Below the pieces are notes generated by a model. That model saw nothing but the letters and a program-made list of their open reading frames with translations. It searched no databases and was not told the origin of the DNA. A stretch of DNA of 64,000 nt from Felis catus (taxonomy: Eukaryota): positions 1,924,001 through 1,988,000 of the forward strand of contig NC_058369.1 in NCBI RefSeq assembly GCF_018350175.1. Direction: 5' to 3'. Each line of letters opens with the position of its first letter. The stretch's first letter is position 1. Positions 15,880 to 28,760 of the stretch are shown in pieces. Both the position numbers and the translations under genes were made by a program.

Positions 15880-16830
15880 TCACAACCTACTGCCGGCCAC
15901 ACTCTCCTTCGAATGGGTCACAGCCTCAACACCTACCACGTGGGCGACACACCAGGGAGGACGCGATACTCACGGCCATGCGCGTGCGCACTCACGCCTG
16001 CACTTTCGCAGTCTCTCGCCTCTGCCTGGCCAAACTTGCGAACCAGCGCCGCGCATGCGCTGTCAACACCCGGGGCGGGGGGGGGGGGCGGTCCTCCGCG
16101 CCGCGCAAGCGCTGTCAACACCCCGGGTTGCCTCAGTTCCAAACTCCCTGACGGCTCCAGGTGGAATCTGTGGGACCCTTTCCGCTGCACAGCCGTGGTC
16201 ACTTGGGGAAATGTAGCTTAGAGTAAGAGCCTCCTCAGACATTATCATATCCCCCCCGCACCCCCCTCCAGTGCTCCCACCATGCAACGCGGATGCAGTC
16301 ACATGGGTGCCGCGGAGTCACCTGGGAGTTCTGAATTGGCTGGCCTGCGCAGCCGCAGTCGCAGGCGCAGGCTCCGGCTCCTGCCGCGGCGAGTCCCTCC
16401 TGTGGCGGAGCTGAGACCGCAGGTGTTCTGGAAGCCGGAGAACGCGCAGTCTATATCTGAGTGGGGCTGGGGTGCTGAGGGGCCCGCCCCCATGCCCATC
16501 TACAAACTTCTGGGTGTCTCCTCCTTCCCAGGAGTCGTTGCCCGTCGCCCGGAAACGGGATGTCTGAGCTCGAGAGACGTTGGCTGTCCCCTGGCAGGAT
16601 GCAGTGGGTGCGCTGGACTGCGACCCTGGACAGGAAAGGCCGCAGGCCCGGCGGCGGGAGCCGAGCCCGGGAGGACAGGACGGCGATGGGAACATCCAGG
16701 AGAGCGCCGCCGTGGCCAGCTGGGTTGTCAGGGGGCGAGGAGGCCTCTGCCGGCAGAAACTTGCAACAGCGAGGCGCTGGAGCCGGCGGCCCTTGACTCT
16801 CTGGGGTCGCAGGCTCTGGGTGTCAGGTTA
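15880..16830. promoter_or_regulatory. CpG island / probable promoter
   Basis: High GC and CpG density outside repeats; NRF1 palindrome GCGCATGCGC at 16051-16060; GC boxes; ATTGG at ~16336. Confidence 0.7.
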
Positions 16831-17477
16831 TGAAGACACGGGGCTAAGTGGGGGCAGGCAGGCTTTGTGCACAGTGAGGGTTCTGTAGCGTGACATCCCT
16901 TTTCCAGCAGGGCCCCTTGGGGGCCAGCGGAACCCTGTAGTATTTGGCACGGGGAACATAACCTTTGGATGTGAACCCAAGAGCGTGTTTGGATAAATGG
17001 GAACCCCACCCCCACCCCAGGGGAAGGTGTGTGTGTCTGTATGAACCTGGCCTTTCAATAAGCATTTAGACTTTGTACTGGGTGCTGTTGACTTACCAGT
17101 GACCGGGTGGGAAGGATCGTCTCTTTCCACTTGGAACTGAAATTCTATGGGGGAAAATGAAGGACATATAAAGAAATTATAAGGTGTATTGCAGGGTGGT
17201 TAAGTCGTAAAGGGAAAAAGCAAATAAGGGAAGGGTGCAGAGGTTCTTGGGTGTGTACGTGTTGCTTGGAGGTCTGTCAGTGTGCATTATTTTTGCGAGT
17301 GTGTGTATCTTTATCTCAGGTTGTGTCTGTCTCAGGGGCCACGTAGGACAGGGCTGGGATTGTCCCTGTGGCAGAGTTATGTTCAGCCAAGAGTGTCTGT
17401 GAGTCTCCTACGTTACAGTGGTGTTGCTTTGTCTCTGTGTATGTTTCCCATCCTGTGTATAATAACCTAATGTTGGC

Positions 17478-18057
17478 TGATGTGAAATGTTGGGGCTTGG
17501 GAACAAATGGTCAAGAAAGAATTCTTGAGACGTCTTTGGTACAAAACGGGTGGTTTTATTCAAGCACGGGGACAGAGCTGCCCTGGGATTGTGGGGAGTG
17601 GCTGATTATATACTTCCAGCTTGGGAGGGGCTTAGGGATAGCGTAAGTCTCTAAGGAGTTTGGAAGCAAGGTTTCCAGGACCTTGAGAGACTAGCTGTTG
17701 TTAGGAAAAGGTCGTTTACTATTGTCTAGTAAAACCTCAGTCATGAGACCCTTCAGATGTATATTGGTGGGCCATAAGCTTGGAGGATGATTACTAACAT
17801 ATATCTTGGTGGGCGAGGCATAGAGATAAAGGAAGTTTCCAAGGGGATTTTTTTTTATATGTTAAGGTAAACTTAGAGGGTCATGGAGGGCAGGCTAATG
17901 TCAAGCTAAGGTTGCCATTTGCCCTTAGGGAAGTATTAACATTGAGGCAGTTGAGTTCCTGAAGGAAGGTCACTCTGCCTGTCTCAAGGACTTGTCAGTG
18001 GGCTGTAAGTTGTAAGGAAGTTTAATGGTTTTTATTTTGCCTTTGTTCTCCACATCA
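17478..18057 (-). mobile_element. Solo ERV LTR (580 bp)
   Basis: Ends TGATGTG...CACATCA (inverted); 5-bp TSD TTGGC at 17473-17477 and 18058-18062; minus-strand TATA and AATAAA; homologous to the LTRs at 26401, 35188 and 36254. Confidence 0.9.
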
Positions 18058-18286
18058 TTGGCAATTTGGATATCTTCTTTGGAAAAAGTCTATTCAATTC
18101 TTCTCCCTGTTGTTAAATTGGATTGTTTGGTGTTTTGTTTTTGGTTTTGTTTTTGTTTTGCTATTGAGTTGTGTGAGTTCTTTATCAGATACACGACTTG
18201 CAATTATTTACTCCTATTCTGTTGGTTGCCTTTTCATTTTGATGATGGATAAAAGTTTAAGGTCATTTAAATTACGTTTGTCTCTG

Positions 18287-18515
18287 GGCACTGGGGTGGC
18301 TCAGTCGGTTAGGTGTCTGATCCTTGATACTGGCTCAGGTCATGGTCTCACAGTTAATGGAGATCAAGCCCTGCATCAGGCTCTGTGCTGAGCATGGGGC
18401 CCTCTGTGTGGGATTCTCTCTCTCTCTCTCCTTTCACTGCCCCTCCCTTTCTCGCATGCGCGCGCGCTCTCTCTCTCAAAAAAATTTAAAAAATAAAACA
18501 AGTAAATAAATAAAT
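18287..18515 (+). mobile_element. CAN-SINE (older)
   Basis: Diverged head, CT tract, A tail. Confidence 0.85.
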
Positions 18516-18519
18516 ACAA

Positions 18520-19210
18520 CTGCCTCAACCACCTAACACTCATTAGGGTGGTACTGTAAAAAAAGAGCCCCAGAAATTAACAAGCGAAGATGTGGAGAAA
18601 TGGGAACCCTTGTGTACTGTGTGTGGGAATGTAATGTGCAGCTACTACGGAAACTAGCATGGCAGTTCCCCAAAATATGAAAAATAGAAGTACCATATGA
18701 TCCAGCAGCTGCACGTCTGAGTGTACACCCCCAAAAAATTGAAATCAGGGGTTAAAAGAGATATTTGTACATCCATGCTCATAACAGCGTTATTGATAAT
18801 AGCTAATTGGTGGAAGCAACTCAGGTGTCCATCCATGGATGGGTGGATTAAATGAAATGTGGTGCATATTTACGATGGATATATGCACCGTATCCTATCC
18901 TTAAGGAAGGAAAGTCTAATACATGCTACAAAATGGATACACTTTGAAAACATTACGTGAAATGAAATAAGGCAGTCACGAAAAACCATCACATGGTGGC
19001 TGCCAGTGGTGGGGTGGTGATGGGGGGCCGTGGGAGTTATTGTTTCATGGGCATAGAGTCTTAGTTTTGCAAGATAGAAAGAGATCTGCAGGTGGATGGT
19101 GGTGATGGTTGCACAACAATGTGAATGTATTTGATGACCTTGAATTGTACTCTTAAAAATGGTTAAGATAGTAAATTTTATGTTGTGTATTTTGCCACAA
19201 TTTAAAAAAT
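18520..19210 (+). mobile_element. Old L1 (L1MB-like) 3' end
   Basis: GATGTGGAGAAA..., GGTTGCACAACAATGTGAATGTA, AAAATGGTTAAGATAGTAAATTTTATG. Confidence 0.75.
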
Positions 19211-19248
19211 GGATATAAGTATCTCAATTTAAGAACCAAATCCATGCT

Positions 19249-19450
19249 GGGGTGCCTAGGTGCCTCAGTCGGTTAAGCATCCGTCTTGGGCTCAGGTCGT
19301 GATCCCGTGATTTGTGAGTTCGAGCCCTGTATAGGGCTCTATGCTGACAGCTCAGAGCCTGGAGCCTGCTTTGGATTATGTGTCTCCCTCTCTGCCCCTC
19401 CCCTGCTTGCACACGCTCTCTCTCAAAAACAAACATTTAAAACATTTTAA
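19249..19450 (+). mobile_element. CAN-SINE
   Basis: TSD AAGAACCAAAT. Confidence 0.88.
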
Positions 19451-20479
19451 AAAGAACCAAATTCCTGCTTCATATAATAATAGTCTCCTCTGGAATGGAG
19501 GAAAGGGCACATCATCTTACATCAGAGTATTTGTTATCTGTTGCTGCATGATATCACTTCCAAACCTACAGATTGAAACATTTATTTTGCTAACAAATCT
19601 GCTATCTGGACAGGACTGGGTATTGACATCTCCGCTGCACTCTGTCACCACACAAAAGCCATTTGGAGTGTACTTTTGGCCAATTAGTTTTTACAGGGCC
19701 TATCATATCTTTTTATCCTGGAGGTCATAGAGAGCTTTCCAGCAAATAACAGTGTTAACACATAAAACAATATAGTATCTTTTTTTTTTATCCCTTTTAG
19801 CAAAAGTACCCTTTTAGTTCAGCATCAGCAAATCTGGCCTTTATCCAGTCTGAATGAAAATCAAAACCAAGTCATATAAAGACAAGGCTATTATCTCGGG
19901 TTGGACTCTGAAAACCACTGTTCGTTGTCTCTTCCTATCTTGTAAAACAGCGTTTCTTTAGTTTCATTTGCTGGGTTTTGGGGAATATGCATTATCAGTG
20001 GTCATTACTAGATGATAGCAAAGAGCATCAGTCAGATTTCAATAGAGGGTTAGACCAACTCAAGCGTCGTCAGGCAGTGTATGGTTTTGAAGACTTTAGG
20101 ATGCTGCTCAGGCCAAGGCTGAAGCTGAGGCACCTCCCCCTTGCACACATAAGGGGCTCGTGTGCCCTCTACAAAATGCCTTACCTATGACCCTTGGGTT
20201 CTGCCAAATGGCTGCTAGTGTACCTAATGCTTCTTTGAACAACAGGCTACCATTTAGTGCCATCTGGCTTTGTGATCACAGCAGTTTTCCCAATTTTGCG
20301 TCCCTCTCTGTATGTGGACCTGAGTCAAGCCAATTTGGTGGCTTCACTCCCTTTCTCTGAGAGCATTCCTAGCCATAAACATGGGTCTTCTAGGTCATGT
20401 GTTTACCTCTGTCCTTGAGTCAGGAGTTTTATGGAAATGAAATGTATGTAAATCTCCACATCATGCCCTACATAAACTT

Positions 20480-21300
20480 CTTTCCAAAACAAACTAAAGA
20501 TAAATGTGAGAACTTAAACAATTTAAGAAGAAACTACAAGAGACTTTTTAAAAAAGGACAACATTAGTAGAATAAAAGAGCAGCCCATAGAATGGAAGGG
20601 GAAAATTTCGATCTATGTATCTGGCAAAGGGCTTGTGCATAGAATATATCCCATGCCCCTACAAGTTAATAAGAAAAGTGCAGGCCATGCAAGAGAAAAT
20701 GAAATCATTCACAAAGGAAGATATTCAAACAGCTAATATAGATTTAAATTAGATATAATTAGTTATAGATGTATAACTAGAATGGAGGTATTCAACTTGG
20801 TTAGCAATCAGAAAAATGAAAATTAAAAGCACAATGAGATACCTGTATATTCCTACCAGAGTTGGTAAAATGAATATATATAAAACATGCAGGAGAATGC
20901 CACTTTGGGTGAAGATGTGCAACAACTGGAGTTCTCCCACACTTGTTTTGGAGTGTGAGTTGGTATAACCACGTTGGAAAAGTGATTCCAGTATCGATGA
21001 ATGGTGAGAATATGCATTCCCTACATCCCATGCGTGTATATAGATATATGCCTCAAATAGAAACGCATATGTACTTTTCCCAAAAAGGTACTTACTAGAA
21101 TGGCCAATACATCATTATTTATAATAGCCCGAAACTGGGAACTACTGAAATGTCCATCAAAAAGAGAAAGGATGTTGTGGGGGTAATAGAAAATGACAAT
21201 GCAACAACAACAACCAGAGACTGACAGTGTTGATTGGAACCCCAGATACACAAAAATACATGCTACACAATTCTAATTAAATAAAATACAAAATAGGGGA
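20480..21300 (+). mobile_element. Old L1 (L1ME-like) fragment, resumes at ~23905-24110
   Basis: Degenerate ORF2 end/3' UTR text, split by the younger L1. Confidence 0.6.
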
Positions 21301-21534
21301 ATCTCTATTTTTTTATGTTTGAAAAAAGTTTTTTTTTTTAATTTAACTCCATGGTAGTTAATATATAGTGTAATAATGGTTTCAGGAGTAGAATTTAGTC
21401 ATTCATCACTTACTTATAACACCCGGTGCTCATCCCAAGTGCTTGCCTTAAGGCCCATCACTCATTTAGTCCATCCCCTCACCTGCCTCCCTCCAGCAAC
21501 CCTCAGTTTGTTCTCTGTATTAAGAGTCTCTTGT

Positions 21535-21725
21535 GGGTTGCCTGGGTGGCTCCGTTGGGTGTCCGACTTCAGCTCAGGTCATGGACTCATGACTCGTGAG
21601 TTTGAGCCATGTTGGGCTCTGTGCTGACAGCTCAGAGCCTGGAGCCTGCTTCGGATTCTGTGTCTCTCTCTACACCCCTCCCCTGCTCTTGCTCTGTCTC
21701 TCCAAAATAAATAAACATTAAATTT
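21535..21725 (+). mobile_element. CAN-SINE nested in L1
   Basis: Head, CT tract, A tail. Confidence 0.88.
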
Positions 21726-21942
21726 TTTTTTAAGTCTCTTACAGTTTGGTTCCCTCCATGTTTTTATCTTATTTTCCCTTACCTTTCTCTATATTCATCT
21801 ATTTTTCTTAAATTCCACATATGAATGAAATCATATGATATTTATGTTTCTCTGGTTGGCTTATTTTGCTTAGCATAATACATTCTAGTTCCATCCACAT
21901 TATTTCAAATGGCAAGATTTCATTCTTTTTGACTGTCGAGTA

Positions 21943-21945
<3 letters not shown>

Positions 21946-22035
<90 letters not shown>
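21946..22035. repeat. Compound (CT)n(CA)n microsatellite
   Basis: Directly visible dinucleotide runs. Confidence 0.95.
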
Positions 22036-22039
<4 letters not shown>

Positions 22040-24877
22040 ACATCTTCTTTATCCATTATCAGTCAATGGATATTTGGGCTCTTTCCATAATTTGGCTATT
22101 GTTGATGGCGCTGCTATAAAAATTGGGGTGCAGGTGCCCCTTCAAATCAGCATTTTTATATCCTTTGGGTAAATACCTAGTAGTGCAATTGCTGGGTCAT
22201 AGGGTAGCTCTATTTTTAATATTTTTTTTAGTGTTTATTATTAATTTTTGAGAGAGAGAGAGACAGAGTGTGAGCAGGGGAGGAGCAGAGAGAGAGGGAG
22301 ACACAGAATCCAAAGCAGACTCCAGGCTCTGAGCTGTCAGCACAGAGACTATGTGGAGCTATTTTTAATTTTTTGAGGAACCTCCATACTCTTCTCCAGA
22401 GTGGCTGCACCGGTTTGCATTCCCACCAACAGTGCAAGAGTGTTCCCCTTTCTCCATATCTTCATCAACATCTGTTGTTTCCTGTATTGTTAATTTTAGC
22501 CATTCTAACAAGTGTGAGGTGGTATCTCATTGTGGTTTTGATTTGTATTTCCCTGATGGTGAGTGATGTTGAGCATCTTTTCATGTGTTTGTTAGCCATT
22601 GGATATCTTCTTTGGAAAAGTGTCTATTCATGTCTTTTGCCCATTTCTTCACTGGATTATTTGTTTTTGGGGTGTTGAGCTTGATAAGTTCTTTATAGAT
22701 TTTGGATATTAACCCTTTATCAGATACATCATTTGCAATATCTTCTCCCATTCCATCAGTTAGTTGCCTTTTAGTTTTGCTAATTGTTTCCTACTCTATG
22801 CAGAAGCTTTTTATCTTGATGAGGTCCCAGTGCTCATTTTTGCTTTTATTTCCCTTGCCTTCAGAGACATGTCTAGAAAGAAGTTGCTGTGGCCAAGGTC
22901 AAAGAGGCTGTTGCTTATTTTCTCCTCTAGGATTTTGATGGTTTCCTGTCTTATATTTAGGTCTTTCATCCATTTTGAGTTTATTTTTGTGGATGGTGTA
23001 AGAAAGTGGTCCAGGTTAATTCTATTGTGTGTCACTGTCCAGTTTTCCCAACACTGTTTGCTGAAGAGACTGTTTTTTTTTTTCATTTGATATTCTTCCT
23101 TGCTTTGTCAAAGATGAGTTGGCCACACATTTGTGTGCCCATTTCTGGACTCTCTATTCTGTTCCATTGACCTGTGTGTCTGCTTCTGTGCTAGTACCAT
23201 TCTGTCTTGATGATTACAGTTTTGTAATACAGCTTGAAGTCCAGAGTTGTGATGCCTCTGGCTTTGGTTTTCTTTTTCAACATTACTTTGGCTATTCGGG
23301 GTCTTCTGATTCCACATAAATTTTAGAATTGTTTGTTCAAGCTCTGTGAAGAATGCTGCTATTATTTTGATAGGTATTGCATTGAATACGTAGATTTCTT
23401 TGGGTAGTATAGGCATTTTAAACAATATTTGTTCTTTCAATCCATAAGCATAGAATGTTTTTCCACTTCTGTGTCTTCAGTTTCTTTCATAAGCTTTCTC
23501 TAGTTTTCAGCATATAAATCTTTTACCTCTTTGGTTAGGTTTATTCTTGGGTATCTTATGGTACTTGGTGCAATTGTAAATGGGATCAATTCCTTGATTT
23601 CTTTTTCTGTTCCTTCGCTATTGGTGTATAAAACTGCAACTGATTTCTGTATATTGATTTTATATCCTGTGACGTTGCTGAATTAATCTATTAGTTCTAG
23701 AGTTTTTTGGTGGAATCTTTTGGATCTTCCATATAGAGTACTATGTAGTCTGTGAAGAGCGAGAGTTTGACTTCTTCCTTGCCGATTTGGATGCCTTTTA
23801 TTTCTTTTTGTTGTCTGATTGCTGAGGCTAGGACTTCCAGTACTGAGTTGAACAACAGTGGTGAGAGTGGACATCCCTGTCATGTTCCTGACCTCAGGAG
23901 GAAAAAATATGTGAATCTCATTCATGCTCTTATCTTTAGGGGATGATGCCTGGAAGGGAGCACAAATTGAGCTTCAGGTGCTGGCAATGTTCTGTTTCTT
24001 GATCTGGTGCTGATTGTATGGGTGTGTTAACTTCATAAAAATTCAGTGAGCTGTTTTATAATATGTTCACTTTTCTGTATTCCTGTTGCATTTATATAAA
24101 AACTTAAAAAAGGAACAAATGGAAAACATGACTGAATAGGTCAGCAAAATTAAGAACTTCAAGGATGAAGTACCAACAATTTACAGTTGAAGAGAGACTT
24201 AGTGCAAAGTAAGATAACATAGAAGAAAATATCCCTGAGGAAGCCCACAGAGGCAAAGCTGTGGTAAGTACAGAGGAGAGAATATGAAACATGATACTCA
24301 AAATTATAGATCTTAGAATGTGGCAAAAGGGGGTAAAATTATACTTAACAGCAGAACTCTGTTCTAGTACCTATGTAAAATATAACTTAAATGTTAGATC
24401 TGTATCCAACCTCAGTAAACCCAACAGCTCACTCTATCCTCTCCCCGTGGAAGACAAAATCTTGCCTGTGAGAAGCCTGGGGTACAAACTGTCTTACTTT
24501 CAATAAAAAAGTCAGTCCAGTAGGAAAATTCTGACAGGTCAGAATTCATGCTGTTCCGTATGCATTTTTTTTCTTCTGAGGAAGCCAGGTCACCAGTGCT
24601 GTTATTAAAATAGTTCTTCCTCAGAGGAGGTAGGGAAGCATCATTTGTATTGGAAAATGAACTCAGGAAAAGAAAAGCATTTAAGATTGAGGCATAGCTC
24701 TTGCTCTCTCTCTCAAAATAAACTTAAAAAAATAAAATATATTAACTTTATACCAAATTGTCAAACTCTATTTTTTCTAATAATTATCTGTAGAATTTTT
24801 TGTGTGTTTTCAATGTAAACCATCATATCACCTGCAAATAATACGTTTAATTTCTTCTTTTAAAGAACTTATGCCTG

Positions 24878-25080
24878 GGGGGTGCCTGGGTGGCTCAGTT
24901 GGTTGAGTGCCTGACTCTTGATTTCAGCTCAGGTCATAATCCCAGGGTCGTGGGATCGAGCCCTGAGTCAGGCTCCATCGTGAGCATGGAGCCTCCTTAA
25001 AATCCTCTCTTTCTCCCTCAACCCTTCTTTCCCCATGCACGCACGCTCTCTCTTGGAGATAAAATTAAAAATTAAAAAAG
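24878..25080 (+). mobile_element. CAN-SINE (older subfamily)
   Basis: GATTTCAGCTCAGGTCATAATCCCAGGGTCGTGGGATCG. Confidence 0.88.
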
Positions 25081-25479
25081 AGCTGTTCCTGTAATTTATT
25101 TTTCTTATTACATTATCCAGGACTTTCAATGCCCCATTAGATAGAAGTAATTATAGCGAACATCATGGTATTATTCTTTATTTTATTTTATTGAACTATA
25201 ATTGGCATGTAACATTGTATTTGTCTCGAGTGGACGACATAATGATTTTATATATGTAGATATTGTGAAATCACTACAATAAGTCTAGTTAACATCCATC
25301 CCCATACTTAGAGTGGAGATTACTTCAAGTTTCTTCCAGCGAAGCACCCCTCACTATCTCACAGGGGAGTGTGTGCTGTCCCTTTGTTTGGGGCTGCGAA
25401 CGGTACAGACTGTGGAATCTTTCACCTCTTCAGCCATCATGTCCACCACCAGGTTCCTCCGAGTCCAGCCACTTCGCTG

Positions 25480-26200
25480 TCGTTCCCTTCGCACCTGGCA
25501 GACTTTCAGCGGCTTCCCTCAGCAGCCAGCGGGAGAAAGGAAGAAGGTTGAGGCCCCGGGAAACCACCTGCAGCTGCTCCTGGGCACCCGCCGGAAGCGG
25601 CTGAGGCCCAGGGGGCGGGGACTTCTGCCGTTTCCGGCCCGGCCCGCGCGTCTCTTCCGGGAAGTCGGCGGGCTCCACTTCCACGACAGGAGGGAGGTTT
25701 GGCCTGCACTGGGACACTCGGCAAAGGTCAGAACTGTCAGCTGCCTCTGGGAACAGTTGGTCTGCAGGGGGTGCTGTGCGTGTTGGGGGAAACCCGAGGG
25801 GCAGATCAAGGCCTTGGAGGGCCGTCTTTCTTCGAGCTGAGTTTCCTGCGGGTGTGCCCCAGAAAGTGAGTGACCGGGCGCACGGAGGGGCGGACCCCGC
25901 AGACCTGGCCTGGAGCCTGGGGATGATTAGGGAGCCAAAGAGCCTGTGGTTCCGGGTGTGGACTGCGCATGTGCGGCCCTGAGTCTGGCAGCGCTGTGAC
26001 TGCGCATGTGCATGTCTGTGATGGAGGGTTGAAGGGGCGAGAAGGTGGAGTGCGCCTGGCCACGTGCTGCTGAGCTGCCGGTGCTGCAGAGCCGGCTTCT
26101 CCCGCCAGGGGTGTGGGCCACCGTCTCGGCTTTCACCGCCCGTCTTCTACTCCCTCTCACCTCGCTGCAACGTGGTGCTGCTCCAGGGTAATATTTACAG
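25480..26200. promoter_or_regulatory. CpG island / probable promoter
   Basis: ETS-like CCGGAAGC 25591-25598 and further TTCCGG cores; GC box GGGGCGGGG 25612-25620; two NRF1-like GACTGCGCATGTGC (25961, 25998); candidate donor AAA|GTGAGT at 25866. Confidence 0.7.
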
Positions 26201-26400
26201 GATGGGGACAGATGCGGATCCCTTAGTGAACTCTTTCAGCCAAAAGTACAGAACTGGGTTTGGGGTGGGGTTTTGAAAGCAGGGGATTCCTGCCCTCGAG
26301 GGCCCCGCTTGACAAAACTAGGTCCGCCGTTGTTTCGAACCAATAGTTCTTTCAGAGCTCAGATTCCCAGGACCCTGTAGAGCAAATGCCCTGTCCCTTC

Positions 26401-26735
26401 TGATGTGGGGCCGTGGAGTGGACAGTTAAATAATTCTCGAGACCTTTTTGGTGCAAAAAGGTGCTTTTACTATGGCACAGGGACCCGTGGGCAGGAAGAG
26501 CTCCGCTGGGATTGTGAGGAGTGACTGATGATATACTTTTTAGTTAGTGGAGGTGAGGGATGGCCTAAGTGCCTGACGAATTCGGAAGCAAGCCTTCCAG
26601 GACCTTGAGGGGCTAGCTGCTGTTGAGGTTATCTACTGTCGTCTCATAAAACATCAGTCGTGAGATACTTCCGATGTATCAGTGAGCCATATGTTTGAAT
26701 GATGATTGTTAACGCATATCTGGGGGGCAGCTTAT
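26401..26735 (-). mobile_element. Truncated ERV LTR, same family as 17478-18057
   Basis: Starts TGATGTGGGG; shares GGGATTGTG..GAGT, GGAAGCAAG..TTCCAGGACCTTGAG, CAGTC(A/G)TGAGA blocks. Confidence 0.8.
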
Positions 26736-27310
26736 GATTATCAGAGTGACGTCACACTAACCAGAGCAAAGCTGTAGTGGCAAAACATTAAAAGGAGTCC
26801 TTGAGGGAGCTGCAGGAGTGTGACAATCGGTATGCCTCATGAATCCTGCCTGGAGACAACTAGCTGAACAGCAGCAAAATCCGGCCGTTGCTCCTTTTTC
26901 TCCCATCCCCTTCCCTCTGGCATCCGGGAGCTAAGGGCAGGCATGTGCCAGGAGGTGTCACCTAATTTCTGAGTGGATTCCAAGAAAGGCGTGATGGCTC
27001 AAGTCTCCCTCTTATCTGTATCTGCCATTCTCTGTAACATCATTGAGGAGGTGGAGAGAGTTGTTTTGCGTACCTAAAAATCAAGGTGCTGGTATGGGTT
27101 TCTGTTGTTGGCTCAGGCATATGCGAAACAGTAAAATGCAGTCTTTTGCGGGTAGTTCTATGAGTTTTCAGCAATGTATACAGTGGCACCAATATCATAA
27201 TACAGACTAATATCTCACTCCCAAATAATCACTAGCGCTGCCCATTTGTAGTCAAGCCCTTCCCCATCCTTACACTCTGATCTGTTCTACATTCTAAAAG
27301 CATACCTTTT

Positions 27311-27773
27311 GGGGCGCCTGGGTGGCTCAGTCGGTTGAGCGTACCACTTTCGGCTCAGGTCATGATCTCACAGTTCGTGGGTTCGAGCCCCGCATCAGGC
27401 TCTGTGCTGACCTCTTGCTCAGAGCCTGGAGCCTGCTTCAGATTCTGTGTCTCCCTCTCTCTCTGCCCTTCCCCTGCTCACGCTTTGTCTCACTCTGTTT
27501 CTCAGAAATAAATAAAATGTAAAAACAAATTTTAAAAAAATAAATAATAAAACCATACCTTTATTTTTTTTTTTAAGATTTATTTTTGAGACAGAGAGAG
27601 ACAGAGCATGAACAGGGGAGGGTCAGAGAGAAAGGGAGACACAGAATCTGAAACAGGCTCCAGGCTCTGAGCGGTCAGCACAGAGCCCGACGCGGGGCTT
27701 GAACTCACGGACCGCGAGATCATGACCTGAGCCGAAGTCGGCTGCTTAACCGACTGAGCCACCCAGGCGCCCC
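27311..27773. mobile_element. Tail-to-tail CAN-SINE pair (+ 27311-27550, - 27562-27773)
   Basis: Two opposite full-length copies; repeated CATACCTTT target. Confidence 0.92.
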
Positions 27774-28269
27774 AACCATACCTTTATTGAAAAAGCCATG
27801 TAATGAACTCAGACATCGTAGCATTTTGAGTCAGATGTATTTGATGTCATATTTGTAAAACTGAGCAATTATACTTGCCTTTCAGTGGTGGTCTGAGTTT
27901 TGGATTTCTACAGTGCCTAGTATAGGTCATGGAACACATAAAATCTTCAAAACTGAGATTTCATTGATTATAAGTTACATGAGCCGATGTCAAACCATTC
28001 TCCCTGTGCTCAACTTTCTTCTTTGGAGTTTGGTTGAGAGGGGGGAGGGGGATCAAATAAGGTAACGATGGTCAAATTACGTTGAAATATCTGCACTATT
28101 ACAAAATATTGATGTTGGGAAAAGTAGACACAGATTTTACTTCATTTGCTGTTTAATTAAGCAAAGAGGTACTGCATTTTTTCTTTGCCCTAACATACTG
28201 GAGGACTAATATATGGAAGTATCTGTGAAAAACTTTATGCGACATTAAAACAAAATTTTCCACCTCTTT

Positions 28270-28760
28270 CTTTTTTTAATGTTTATTTATTAGTGTTTAT
28301 TCATTTTTTTTGAAATTTATTGTCAAATTGGTTTCCATACAAACGTTTATTCATTTTTGAGAGACAGAGAGAGACAGAGTGTGATCAGGGGAGGGGCAGA
28401 GAGAGAGGGAGACAAGGAATCTGAAGCAGGCTCCAGGCTCCGAGTGTCAGCACAGAACCCAACGTGGGACTCGAACTCATGAACTGCAAGATCATGACCT
28501 GAGCCAAAGTTGGAGGCTTAACTGACTGAGTCACTCAGGTGCCCCTTAATGTTTATTTATTTAGAGAGAGAGTGTGATCAGGGGAAGGGCGGGGTGGGGG
28601 AGAGAGAATCCCAACCAGGCTCTGTGCTGTCAGTGCAGAGCCCCATGCGGAGCTTGATCCCACTGAGCAGATGCGGGACTCCATCCCATGAACCTTGAGA
28701 TCGGGCCTGAACTGAAACCAAGAGTCAGATACTTAACTGACTGAGCCACCTAGGCAACCC
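28270..28760 (-). mobile_element. Two tandem CAN-SINEs (28270-28545, 28546-28760)
   Basis: Two minus-strand heads. Confidence 0.88.
28309..28344 (-). mobile_element. ~36-bp extreme 3' end of a young felid L1, inserted in a SINE tail
   Basis: TGAAATTTATTGTCAAATTGGTTTCCATA is the reverse complement of the L1 end near 13945-13975; TSD GTTTATTCATTTTT at 28295-28308 and 28345-28358. Confidence 0.8.

Larger units (their letters stand above)
21330..23900 (-). mobile_element. Carnivore LINE-1, 5'-truncated (~2.5 kb), with nested SINEs and a (CT)n(CA)n tract
   Basis: Minus-strand ORF2 remnants in the ORF track (SLFSKQCWENW...[38 protein letters not shown]); poly-T at ~21330. Confidence 0.92.
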
